A stretch of 64,000 nucleotides of DNA. Source: an uncultured Monoglobus sp. Its GTDB lineage: Bacteria; Bacillota; Clostridia; Monoglobales; Monoglobaceae. How positions within the stretch are numbered: the first letter of the stretch is position 1; the number at the start of each line of letters is the position of its first letter. The stretch spans positions 1,287 to 65,286 of the forward strand of contig CANRGH010000009.1 of assembly GCA_947630135.1 (NCBI GenBank). Direction: 5' to 3'. Position numbers and translations under genes: made by a program. This document shows positions 55,434 to 64,000 of the stretch, one piece after another. The notes under the pieces are model-generated. The model made no database searches and was not told the origin of the DNA. It saw nothing but the letters and a program-made list of their open reading frames with translations.

Positions 55434-56792
55434 TTACGGTCTTATTCTGCCGATATCTCTCGGGAAGGCCGTCACCGTTCTGATGTTGTCACAGCCCAAA
55501 AGCTTCATGGCAAGGCGCTCAAGGCCGATGCCGAGTCCGCCATGCGGCGGCATGCCGTATTTGTGCATCATCAGAAAATCACTGAATTCCTCCGCGTCCA
55601 TTCCGCGGGCGTTGATCTTGTCAAGCTGCGTCTGATAATCGTGTATCCTCTGGCCGCCGGTCGTAACCTCGGCTCCGTTCAGCAGCAGGTCAAAGCTCAG
55701 CGTGTACTTTGGGTTCTCGGGATCATCCATAGCATAGAACGGGCGCTTCTTTGAAGGATAGTGCGTCACAAACACCAAAGGCGAGCCGTATTCCTTCATG
55801 CAGTACTCACCGATAAGCCGCTCCTCCTCGGGGTCAAGATCATTGGGGTTCCTGAACTCGCGGTTATATTCCTTCGCGATTATCTCTTTGATCTCCATGA
55901 ACTTAAACACGGGGATCTGCACCTCGCTTATGTCGGGCAGCTCAACGCCCAGAATATTGAGTTCGGATGCGTATTCCTCTCTCAAATACTTATACATATA
56001 TTTCATGAACCGCGCCTCAACGGCCATAATATCCTCAAACGAGTCAATGAAGCCCATCTCAAGGTCAAGGCCCTCAAACTCGTTGATATGGCGCGTGGTG
56101 CTGTGCTTTTCGGCTCTGAACACCGGAGCCACCGTGAACACCTTTTTGAACACGCCGACCATGATCTGCTTATACATCTGGGGGCTCTGGTTGAGCAGCG
56201 CCTTGTCGCCGAAATAATCGACCTCGAACATATCCGCGCCGCCCTCGGCTCCCGCCGAAACGATTTTAGGCGGAACAAACTCGGTGAAGCCCTCGCCGTG
56301 CAGGAAGGTCCTGAATGAGTTGATAATTCCGTCCACGATCTTGATCGCGGCCCGCTCGCGGGGGTTCCTGAGAGACGCGGGTCTGTAATCGAGCTTTATG
56401 TCAACATTGCAGTTGAGCTTTCCCTTGTTGATAACAACGGGCAGAGGCGCTGCCGCGCCCGAAAGCCTCGTGATCTCCTCGATATGAATTTCAAAACCGA
56501 GAGCGCTGCGCTGATCCTCAACCAGTTTTCCGCGCAGTCTCACGCTGTCCTCCTCGTGGAACTTGTTCACGGGCTCGCCGCCTTCGCCGGGCTCATATAC
56601 GCACTGAACAAGGCACCTGGCTGTTCTGATCACAAAAAACGCGAATGACTTCATTGAGCGTATTCTGTGTATCATACCCTCGATCTCAACGGTGTCGCTG
56701 CTTTTTATCTCGCCTTTTTCAAAGCCCTCTATAACTCTCTCTACATCATATTTGCCCGTGTAACGGGTTAAATCCAGAATTTCCATAATCAA
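55434..56792 (-). CDS. aspS: Aspartyl-tRNA synthetase, archaeal/short type (probably non-discriminating)
   Basis: OB fold, LNQSPQMYKQ, FRAEKHSTTRH, PPHGGLGIGLER; lacks the bacterial GAD insertion. Confidence 0.9.
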   Translation of the reverse strand: MIMEILDLTRYTGKYDVERVIEGFEKGEIKSSDTVEIEGMIHRIRSMKSFAFFVIRTARCLVQCVYEPGEGGEPVNKFHEEDSVRLRGKLVEDQRSALGFEIHIEEITRLSGAAAPLPVVINKGKLNCNVDIKLDYRPASLRNPRERAAIKIVDGIINSFRTFLHGEGFTEFVPPKIVSAGAEGGADMFEVDYFGDKALLNQSPQMYKQIMVGVFKKVFTVAPVFRAEKHSTTRHINEFEGLDLEMGFIDSFEDIMAVEARFMKYMYKYLREEYASELNILGVELPDISEVQIPVFKFMEIKEIIAKEYNREFRNPNDLDPEEERLIGEYCMKEYGSPLVFVTHYPSKKRPFYAMDDPENPKYTLSFDLLLNGAEVTTGGQRIHDYQTQLDKINARGMDAEEFSDFLMMHKYGMPPHGGLGIGLERLAMKLLGCDNIRTVTAFPRDIGRIRP

Positions 56793-56852
56793 ATAACTAC
56801 CTTTCCGCTTTTTATTTCTGTAACCGTCGGTTTAAGCCCGCGCAGGCGAAAG

Positions 56853-57197
56853 CTAAAACAGACCCGGTATATTCATGCCGCCGGTGAGGCTGCCCATCTG
56901 CGCCTCGCTGTCCTTTTCGGCCTTTCTCATAGCCTCGTTTACCGCGGCCAGGATCAGGTCCTGAAGCATTTCGATATCGTCGGGGTCAACGACCTCTTCC
57001 TTGAGAACTATGTCAAGAAGCTCCTTCTTTCCGTTGACCGTGGCGGAAACAGCGCCGCCGCCCGCGTCGGCCGTGAAAGTCTTTGTCTCCATTTCCTCCT
57101 GCATTTTGAGCATCTGCTCCTGCATCTTCTGGGCCTGCTTTATCATCTGGTTCATGTTGCCCATGCCACCCATTCTTCCGGGGTATCCTTTAGCCAT
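56853..57197 (-). CDS. ybaB: YbaB/EbfC nucleoid-associated protein
   Basis: [12 protein letters not shown]...AGGGAV...[17 protein letters not shown]. Confidence 0.95.
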   Translation of the reverse strand: MAKGYPGRMGGMGNMNQMIKQAQKMQEQMLKMQEEMETKTFTADAGGGAVSATVNGKKELLDIVLKEEVVDPDDIEMLQDLILAAVNEAMRKAEKDSEAQMGSLTGGMNIPGLF

Positions 57198-57200
57198 TTT

Positions 57201-58811
57201 TTACTCTCCTTTTACTTTTATTATATCTCCGTAAATTTCCTTTTTATTAACTATATCCATGATCGAAGCGCCCGAACCGCTCTCGGTCTGCTCTCCGAAA
57301 ACGACCTTCGCGGTCAGCGTCTCGCCCGCAATGCTTGAAAACAGATCCGACAAATATTTAAGGCCGTTGACCGTGGCGATCGTCTTGTACGCGAACTCGG
57401 TCGCGACTCTGACGGTGACGACGTTTCCGTCCCTGACCGCCTCCGACTTGTGCAGACACATAAACAGTTTTTTGCTGCTCTTTTTAACAGCGTCCATGAC
57501 CTCGGGCCAGAGGTTCCAGCCGCTTCCCGCGGCCTGCGGTTTTTGCGCGGTCTCGGGTTTGTCATAAGACTTCGGCTTATTGTCAGACTTCGGTTTTTCG
57601 GCCGCGGCGGGCGCGCCTTGATCGTCTGTGTTTGATAACGGACGCGCGGCGGCCCCGCCGGTCCTGATTATGTTTTCAAGCTTGTCGATCCTCGCCGAAA
57701 GCGCCTCAAACTCGCTGCTGTATTCGGGCTTGATAAGCTTGATCAACGCTATCTCCGCGGCGACCCGCGGCGCGGACATTGACCTCGCCCGTCCGTGGTA
57801 CTCGCTCATTACCGTTATTCCGTAAATCAACCGCTCGGGTGTGAAAAGCTCCGCCTGCTTCTGATAACGCCCGATCATCTCGGGCGATTTTTCGATAACC
57901 CTCCCCGGGTCGGCGCACTCCCTGCAAAGCAGCAGCGCGCGCAGGTGGTCGATAAAATCCTCAAAAAATGTGAGCGGGTCCTTTCCGGCGTTTAAAAAGC
58001 CGTCAAGCTCCGATATTGCCTCGGCCGTTCTGCCCTCCGCCGCGAAGCCCGCGATCGAAAACAGAACTGACTCGTCAACGATGCCGACGATCTCTGAAAC
58101 GTTAGCGCGCCTCAGCTCGCCGCCAAAGGACGAGCAGCGGTCAAGAATGCTCAGCGCGTCGCGCATTGAGCCGTCTCCGAGCTCCGCGATAAGCTCCAGG
58201 GCGTCCTCAGTGGCGTTTATATTCTCCGCGGCGGCTATCTTTTTAAGCCTCGCCGCGATCGCGTCATTGCTTATCCGTCTGAAATCATACCTGCGGCAGC
58301 GCGACAGGATGGTCTGCGGTATCTTCTGGGGCTCCGTGGTCGCGAGAATGAAAAGCGCGTGCGCGGGCGGCTCCTCAAGAGTCTTGAGAAGCGCGTTGAA
58401 CGCCTGAATGGTGAGCATATGCACCTCGTCGATGATATACACCTTGTATTTGCAGCCCGCGGGGGTATATATTACCTCCTCGCGCAGATTGCGTATCGCC
58501 TCAACGCCGTTGTTGCTGGCCGCGTCCATCTCGTACACGTCCATGATCCTTCCGTCCAGAATAGAGCGGCATGTCTCGCACTCGTTGCACGGCTCGCCGT
58601 TCACGGGATTTTCACAGTTGACGGCCCGCGAGAATATCTTGGCGGTCGAGGTCTTTCCGGTGCCGCGCGTTCCGCAGAAAAGATATGCGTGGCCGATCTT
58701 GCCGGTGATAAGCTCGTTTTTTAGCGTGGTCGTTATATGCTCCTGACCAACGACATCGTCAAAGGTCATGGGGCGCCACTTTCTGTAAAGCGCCTGATAT
58801 TTTGCCGACAT
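57201..58811 (-). CDS. dnaX: DNA polymerase III subunit gamma/tau
   Basis: YQALYRKWRP, GTRGTGKTS, CxxCxxC, IIDEVHML, SRC, MRDALS. Confidence 0.97.
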   Translation of the reverse strand: MSAKYQALYRKWRPMTFDDVVGQEHITTTLKNELITGKIGHAYLFCGTRGTGKTSTAKIFSRAVNCENPVNGEPCNECETCRSILDGRIMDVYEMDAASNNGVEAIRNLREEVIYTPAGCKYKVYIIDEVHMLTIQAFNALLKTLEEPPAHALFILATTEPQKIPQTILSRCRRYDFRRISNDAIAARLKKIAAAENINATEDALELIAELGDGSMRDALSILDRCSSFGGELRRANVSEIVGIVDESVLFSIAGFAAEGRTAEAISELDGFLNAGKDPLTFFEDFIDHLRALLLCRECADPGRVIEKSPEMIGRYQKQAELFTPERLIYGITVMSEYHGRARSMSAPRVAAEIALIKLIKPEYSSEFEALSARIDKLENIIRTGGAAARPLSNTDDQGAPAAAEKPKSDNKPKSYDKPETAQKPQAAGSGWNLWPEVMDAVKKSSKKLFMCLHKSEAVRDGNVVTVRVATEFAYKTIATVNGLKYLSDLFSSIAGETLTAKVVFGEQTESGSGASIMDIVNKKEIYGDIIKVKGE

Positions 58812-58852
58812 AAGCCCTCACCTCTTTAATCGCGAATAATTTTAAATAAAAA

Positions 58853-59124
58853 AGTCATGTGCTTGCGTTCGAAACAGCTCTACAAGCGTTACTCACACAG
58901 TTAGCTCGGATTTAGCGCCCTCACGGCACATCGGAGTAACTGCTTATCGCTGCTGCGTTCCCGCCCTGACGAGGTTCACAGGTTCCGATTGCGTAAGACC
59001 AAACCGTCAACACCACTTATGCGAGGCAGACCAAACAAAGATGTTCCTCAGACGCAAGTTTTCATCCCCTCTGTAGCGGATTGAGGGTTACAAGGCACCG
59101 CTAACGCCCCGATTTAACATGACT
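58853..59124 (-). ncRNA. ffs: Signal recognition particle RNA, large (Alu-containing, Bacillus-type)
   Basis: About 270 nt with paired ends (AAGTCATGT/ACATGACTT); helix 8 GTCAGG-GCG-GGAA-CGC-AGCAGC; 5' Alu-like region; directly upstream of dnaX; own TTGACC-17-TAAAAT promoter at 59130-59158. Confidence 0.93.
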
Positions 59125-59228
59125 TGAATATTTTAACACAAATTTCGGAACGGGTCAATAGTTTTTTATATTTTTTTGAGCAAATCATTTTTACGCGGTT
59201 CCGCCGCGATAGCTTGCGATTTGGAGCG

Positions 59229-60581
59229 TTAAATCTGTATTTTTACCCATTTTCCTGCCTTGAACCTTATCGTCGCGAATATGTATCTTGCCACCTGATC
59301 GCCGACGACTCCCATCCATATGCCCGCGATACCCAAACCGAACGTATAGCCGAACAGATACGAGACAGCGGTTCTGATTATCGTAACGCTCACGGTCGAG
59401 GCGAGCGCGGTGTAAAGCGTGTCGCCCGCGCCGCGCAGGCAGCCCATATAGATCACCTGTCTGATCTGGAACAGCACCACGACGATTATTATATGCATTA
59501 TCGAGATGCCTATATCCACGATCTCGGGCTCCTTAAAGAACATGCGCATAAGCAGTCCCGCGCCGAAGAAGTAAATAACAGCCAATACGATCGAGATCAG
59601 CCCGCCTATCATCTGGCAGGCGGAGCCGTATTCCTTGGCCTTGTCGGGCTTGTTTTCGCCAAGACTCCTTCCGATAAGCGCGACCGCGGCCGACTGAAGA
59701 CCGTCGCCGAATGAGAATGAGAGACTCATTATATTCATGCCGACCTGGTGCGCCGCCATTGCCGCGGTTCCCTGACCTGCCGCCATAATCGCGGTGGCCA
59801 TAAAGCCCACGCGCATGAGCATTTGCTCAAAGAACACACTGTAGCCCACTCTTACCAGACTTTTCAGCGCGCTAAGCGTCGGACGGATCTTTTTCTTGAT
59901 TATAAAAAGGATATTCAAAAAGCTTCCGGGCTTGCTGATCGAGATTATGCTCATAACCGCCGCGACGACCGTTCCGAGCACCGTGGCATAAGCCGCTCCG
60001 GCGATCCCGAGAGCGGGAAAGCCGAAATGGCCGTTGATCAGAAGATAGTTAAAAATAATGTTGATCGTGTTTGACGTTATGTTGGTGCGCATGGTTATCT
60101 TGGTGTTTCCGGCGCCGCGCTGCGCGGAGTTTATGCCCATCTGAATACAGTTAAACACCATGCCGCCCATGATTATCCTGTAATATGTAACGGCACTGTC
60201 ATGCGTTTCGGGCAGCGAGCCGCAAAGCGTCATGATCTGCGGCGCGAAAATAACAAGCGCCGTGCTCAGCACTGCGGCCAACGCCAAGATCATGATAAAC
60301 GTGGTGAATAAAATCGAGTTGGCGTCCTCTCTCCGCTTTTCGCCGAACCTTCTGGCAACCAAGGCGGACACCGAAACATTGATCGCGATAAACACCGAAA
60401 GCCCCAAAAACTTCGGCTGGGTGGTAAGGCCGACCGCGGCCACAGCGTTTGCGCCCAGAGAACTCACCATGAGCGAGTCAACAAGACCCGCGAACGCGAC
60501 AAAAAACGACTCAATAATAGCCGGCACCGCGATCGCGAGCGCCGTTGTCACGGTTTTCTTTTCGTAATTAAACAATCTCAA
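59229..60581 (-). CDS. MATE-family efflux transporter
   Basis: DSLMVSSLGANAVAAVG, GAGNTKITMR, GAAYAT, LRGAGDT; TTG start at 60581 is inferred. Confidence 0.9.
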   Translation of the reverse strand: MRLFNYEKKTVTTALAIAVPAIIESFFVAFAGLVDSLMVSSLGANAVAAVGLTTQPKFLGLSVFIAINVSVSALVARRFGEKRREDANSILFTTFIMILALAAVLSTALVIFAPQIMTLCGSLPETHDSAVTYYRIIMGGMVFNCIQMGINSAQRGAGNTKITMRTNITSNTINIIFNYLLINGHFGFPALGIAGAAYATVLGTVVAAVMSIISISKPGSFLNILFIIKKKIRPTLSALKSLVRVGYSVFFEQMLMRVGFMATAIMAAGQGTAAMAAHQVGMNIMSLSFSFGDGLQSAAVALIGRSLGENKPDKAKEYGSACQMIGGLISIVLAVIYFFGAGLLMRMFFKEPEIVDIGISIMHIIIVVVLFQIRQVIYMGCLRGAGDTLYTALASTVSVTIIRTAVSYLFGYTFGLGIAGIWMGVVGDQVARYIFATIRFKAGKWVKIQI

Positions 60582-60617
60582 ATTAAATTTACATCTCTTT
60601 TCAATCAATCTGTAATA

Positions 60618-60664
60618 ATTATAATACAAAAGCGCGGAATTGTCAAATAATTCCGCGCTTTATA
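60618..60664 (-). promoter_or_regulatory. trkH terminator hairpin containing the -35 of a perfect SigA promoter for the MATE gene
   Basis: AAAGCGCGGAAT/ATTCCGCGCTTT stem; TTGACA (60641-60646)-17-TATAAT (60618-60623) on the minus strand. Confidence 0.75.
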
Positions 60665-60679
60665 AGCTCCGCTTTTATA

Positions 60680-62155
60680 TTACTTAAATTTGCGTCCCGG
60701 CACAATGCTTTTCCAGAACTCGGGAGCCAGAAGAATAAGCATCGGATAGAGCTCAAGTCTGCCCGCGAGCATATCGAAGATCATGATGTACTTCGGGAAC
60801 GCCGAGAACAGTGAAAAGCTTTCCGACGGGCCCGCTCCTCCCAGTCCGGGGCCGATATTGTTTATCGTCGCGGCGATCGCGGAAAAGTTTGTCGTGAAGT
60901 CATATCCGTCTACCGAGATCAGCAGCACCGACGCGGCGAACAAAAACGCGTAGGCGCAGATAAACACGTTTATCGAGCGTATCGTCTCGGGCGCGACCGT
61001 CTTGCCCTCGCTCTTTATGTTGACCACGCGCTTAGGGTGGAAAAACAGCGTTATCTCCTTGCGCACCGTGCGGAACAAGGTCATGAAGCGCGAAACCTTT
61101 ATTCCGCCGCCCGTGCTGCCCGCGCAGGCGCCCATGAACATCAGACCGAGCAGTATCATAACCGCGAACTGCGGCCACAGAGCCTCGTAATTTAACGTTG
61201 AAAAACCCGTGGTCGTTATTATTGAAGCCACCTGGAAGAAGACGTGCCGCACCTTGTCGGCAAGGCCCATATCGGGCATTGAGCCGGTAATATAGAGCGA
61301 CGCGGTGATGACCGCGGTCGCGATCGCGATGATTATCAGATAATAACGCGCTTCCTCATGCGACGCGGCGGCGCGGAACTTTCTTCTGTAAAGCAGAAAG
61401 TACACCGCAAAATTGACGCCGAAGAGCATCATAAACACTCCGACCACCCATTGGATATACGGCGAGTAGCCCGCCATGCTGTCGGATTTTATTCCGAAGC
61501 CTCCGGTACCCGCCGTGCCGACCGCAGTTGTAACCGCGTCAAATATCGGCATGCGGCCGATGATAAGGAACAAAAACTCCGCAACGGTCAGCGCGATATA
61601 TATCGCGTACAGCACAAACGCCGTCTCCCTTACCTTTGGCAGCAGCTTGCTTACCGTGGGGCCCGGGCTTTCGGCCTTCATTATATTCATATGCGAGCCG
61701 CCGGTCATCGGCAGAAGCGCGAGCAGGAACACCAAAACGCCCATTCCGCCGATCCAGTGCGTAAAGCTGCGCCAGAACAGCGACGCGTGAGACAGCGCCT
61801 CAACATCGTCAAGAATGCTGGCGCCGGTGGTGGTGAAGCCCGAAACCGTCTCAAACAGCGCGTTTGTAAAATTCGGTATATCGCCGTTTATAACAAACGG
61901 CATGCAGCCGAAAAGACTCATAACTATCCATGTCAAAGCGGTGACAGCGAAGCCCTCGCGGGTATAAAACGTCAGATTTTTAGGCTTTTTGAATATCGAG
62001 ATACCGCCGATCGCCACGCAGACCAAGGCCATGATCAAAAACGAATAGGCCTGGGGCTCGCCGTATATCATTCCCACCAGAAACGGCAAAAGCAACAGCG
62101 CGCCCTCGATATTTAAAATCCAGCCCAAAATATATGTAACAGCCTTAAAATTCAA
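60680..62155 (-). CDS. trkH: Trk potassium uptake permease
   Basis: FETVSGFTTTGA, HWIGGMG, GTGGF, TTTGF, CAGSTGGGIK, NNIGPGLG, GRLE; TTG start. Confidence 0.95.
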   Translation of the reverse strand: MNFKAVTYILGWILNIEGALLLLPFLVGMIYGEPQAYSFLIMALVCVAIGGISIFKKPKNLTFYTREGFAVTALTWIVMSLFGCMPFVINGDIPNFTNALFETVSGFTTTGASILDDVEALSHASLFWRSFTHWIGGMGVLVFLLALLPMTGGSHMNIMKAESPGPTVSKLLPKVRETAFVLYAIYIALTVAEFLFLIIGRMPIFDAVTTAVGTAGTGGFGIKSDSMAGYSPYIQWVVGVFMMLFGVNFAVYFLLYRRKFRAAASHEEARYYLIIIAIATAVITASLYITGSMPDMGLADKVRHVFFQVASIITTTGFSTLNYEALWPQFAVMILLGLMFMGACAGSTGGGIKVSRFMTLFRTVRKEITLFFHPKRVVNIKSEGKTVAPETIRSINVFICAYAFLFAASVLLISVDGYDFTTNFSAIAATINNIGPGLGGAGPSESFSLFSAFPKYIMIFDMLAGRLELYPMLILLAPEFWKSIVPGRKFK

Positions 62156-62167
62156 TTTTCAGTCCTC

Positions 62168-62222
62168 CCAACGTAGTGATTAGCGATTAGTGAATAGATA
62201 ATACGCGGATAAAGACGGCAAT
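62168..62222 (+). repeat. Dispersed TAGYGAW-heptamer repeat element, copy 3 (trkA-trkH spacer)
   Basis: CCAACGTAGTGATTAG is identical to the reverse complement of 20834-20849; the rest aligns with copy 1. Confidence 0.75.
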
Positions 62223-62266
62223 AAGCATCAGGCCTTCCGCCCGCGCTCACTGTTAAGCCTTGTTCA

Positions 62267-63670
62267 TCACTCGAAAATTTCCTCTATGCTGCTCAAGCCC
62301 TTGCGAGTGGTAACGACTGTCACCGCGTCGCCCGGCTGCAGCGCGTCGTTTCCTCCGGGAATAAACGCTTTTCCGTCTCTGTATATGCAAGCCACAAGAA
62401 GATCGCTTTTTAATTTAAGCTCCTTAAGCGGCTTTGAGGTGTGCTTGAGCTCATCATGCACGTTAAACTCTATAGCCTCAACTCTGTCGTTTGACAAATT
62501 ATAAAGCGTGATAATATCACTGCCCAGCGATTTCTTTTTAGCACGAACATACTTGATTATCGTCTCGGCTGTCATGCGCCTCGGATACACAACGCTGCCC
62601 AGCTCAAGCTCATTGATAACGCTTGAGAAGTTAATGTGATTGACCTTTGTTATCGCCTTGATCCCGGGCGAGACCTTCATGCCGTAGAGCGAAAGCAGCA
62701 CGTTTTCTTCGTCAATTCCGGTCAGCGGTATAAGCGCGCCGGCGCTTGCCAGATCCTCCTGGCTAAGCAGTGTCTCGTCGGTTCCGTTTCCGTTGACGAT
62801 AACAACATCGTCCGGCAGCAGTGTGCTGAGTTCCTCGCAGCGCGCAGGATTTAACTCGATTATCTTGACCTGCATTCCCGCGCTTGACAGGATACGCGCC
62901 AAATAAAACGAGGTTTTTCCGCCGCCGATGATCATCGCCGAATTAACGTCTCTCGTTTCAACGTTTATCTTTTTGAAAAATGCGAACGCGTCACGCGGGG
63001 TCGCGATAAACGATATAATGTCGCCCGACCGCAGCTCAAAATTGCCGTTGGGGATCGCGATCATGTCGCCGCGCTCGACAACGCAGATGAGAATATTAAA
63101 ATCCTTGTTGTTCTGGAAACTCGAAAGCCTCATGCCGTCAAGGTAATTGTCGGCGGGTATCTTGAACCTGATAAGCTCCGCCGAGCCCTTGGCGAACGAG
63201 TTGACCGAGATTGCCAGCGGGAAATGCAAAATTCTTGAGATTTCCCGCGCCGCCTCAAGCTCGGGATTGATAATTATCGAAATCCCCAGCTTGTCGCGCA
63301 GATACGCAAGCTCGTCGCTGTAATCCGGGTCGCGCACTCTGGCGACCGCGGTGCAGTCTCCCACCTTTTTGGCGAGCGTGCAGCAAAGCAGATTAAGCTC
63401 GTCGCTGTCTGTCACGGCGATTATCAGGTCGGCGCTCTCAACGCCCGCCTCGATAAGCGTTCCGTAACTCGAGCCGTTTCCCACAACGCCCATAATGTCG
63501 TAGGTTTCCGCCAGCTTCTCAACGACTTCGCGGTTCTTGTCAACGACCGTAACGTCGCAGCCTTCCTCGGTCAGCTTTCCCGCGATGGTGGAGCCGACCT
63601 TTCCGGTGCCGACAATAATGATCTTAAGGGTCTTAGACTTGTTTCCTCTGAATTTGTTTAGAATAGACAT
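62267..63670 (-). CDS. trkA: Trk potassium uptake regulatory subunit (tandem RCK)
   Basis: IIIVGTGKVG, DLIIAVTDSDELN, second IIGGGK RCK; start at 63670 after GGGAGG. Confidence 0.94.
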   Translation of the reverse strand: MSILNKFRGNKSKTLKIIIVGTGKVGSTIAGKLTEEGCDVTVVDKNREVVEKLAETYDIMGVVGNGSSYGTLIEAGVESADLIIAVTDSDELNLLCCTLAKKVGDCTAVARVRDPDYSDELAYLRDKLGISIIINPELEAAREISRILHFPLAISVNSFAKGSAELIRFKIPADNYLDGMRLSSFQNNKDFNILICVVERGDMIAIPNGNFELRSGDIISFIATPRDAFAFFKKINVETRDVNSAMIIGGGKTSFYLARILSSAGMQVKIIELNPARCEELSTLLPDDVVIVNGNGTDETLLSQEDLASAGALIPLTGIDEENVLLSLYGMKVSPGIKAITKVNHINFSSVINELELGSVVYPRRMTAETIIKYVRAKKKSLGSDIITLYNLSNDRVEAIEFNVHDELKHTSKPLKELKLKSDLLVACIYRDGKAFIPGGNDALQPGDAVTVVTTRKGLSSIEEIFE

Positions 63671-63766
63671 AAACATTCCTCCCAAAACGCCGCAATTCTA
63701 ATATCAATAATATTATTCTACCATATATTGTTTTAAATATCAACATTTTCTTTTAAAAATTATAAG

Positions 63767-63795
63767 TTGACAAACCGAAACCTGTTTTATATAAT
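63767..63795 (+). promoter_or_regulatory. Perfect SigA promoter with no evident downstream CDS in the window
   Basis: TTGACA-17-TATAAT. Confidence 0.8.
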
Positions 63796-64000
63796 TTTTG
63801 TAGTATCAAAAAAACGAGGGACTCGTATTATCCGCGCCTGTCCGTCTTGCATTTAACGCCCACAATGCCAAGCAGCAATATATTTAATTAATTTTTTTGC
63901 ATAATAAAAGCACTTAATATTTCATAGGTGCTTATTCTATTGGTTTCATAGAAAAACCGCTCTGATTTCTCAAAGCGGTTTATAATTTACATTTTGGCGG

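Noticed and set aside
63686-63760. c-di-AMP or other riboswitch upstream of trkA
   Set aside because: The promoter (TTGATA-17-TAGAAT) is only ~40 nt from the start codon and leaves no room for an aptamer

Overview
64 kb of a Clostridia-like (Bacillota) chromosome, mostly housekeeping and about 50-55% GC by eye in coding regions. It holds ung, rpsF-ssb-rpsR with its leader, putP, a heterodimeric ABC exporter, uvrC and uvrB-uvrA, HPr, a full rnfCDGEAB operon, a split B12 methionine synthase with metF, mrp/apbC, PBP1A, archaeal-type aspS, ybaB, dnaX, a large SRP RNA, MATE, trkA/trkH and three tRNAs (Ile2-CAT, Leu-TAG, Ser-CGA). The accessory content is three large secreted BspA/TpLRR-type surface proteins: one in an AT-rich island (5.9-10.8 kb) and a tandem pair (40.0-46.7 kb). 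The most notable signal is that both LRR loci sit behind long structured 5' leaders. These end in a homologous, covarying 1:2 / 2:3 / 3:4 attenuator-type switch that I do not recognise as a known riboswitch. All three LRR proteins share a C-terminal AxY...KxFxW...PL domain. One carries an AT-rich LRR cassette whose near-identical DNA repeats differ almost only at the exposed codons. Together these suggest a regulated, diversifying surface-receptor system. No integrase, transposase, reverse transcriptase or CRISPR array was seen. All family assignments come from motif recognition by eye; no database search was run.
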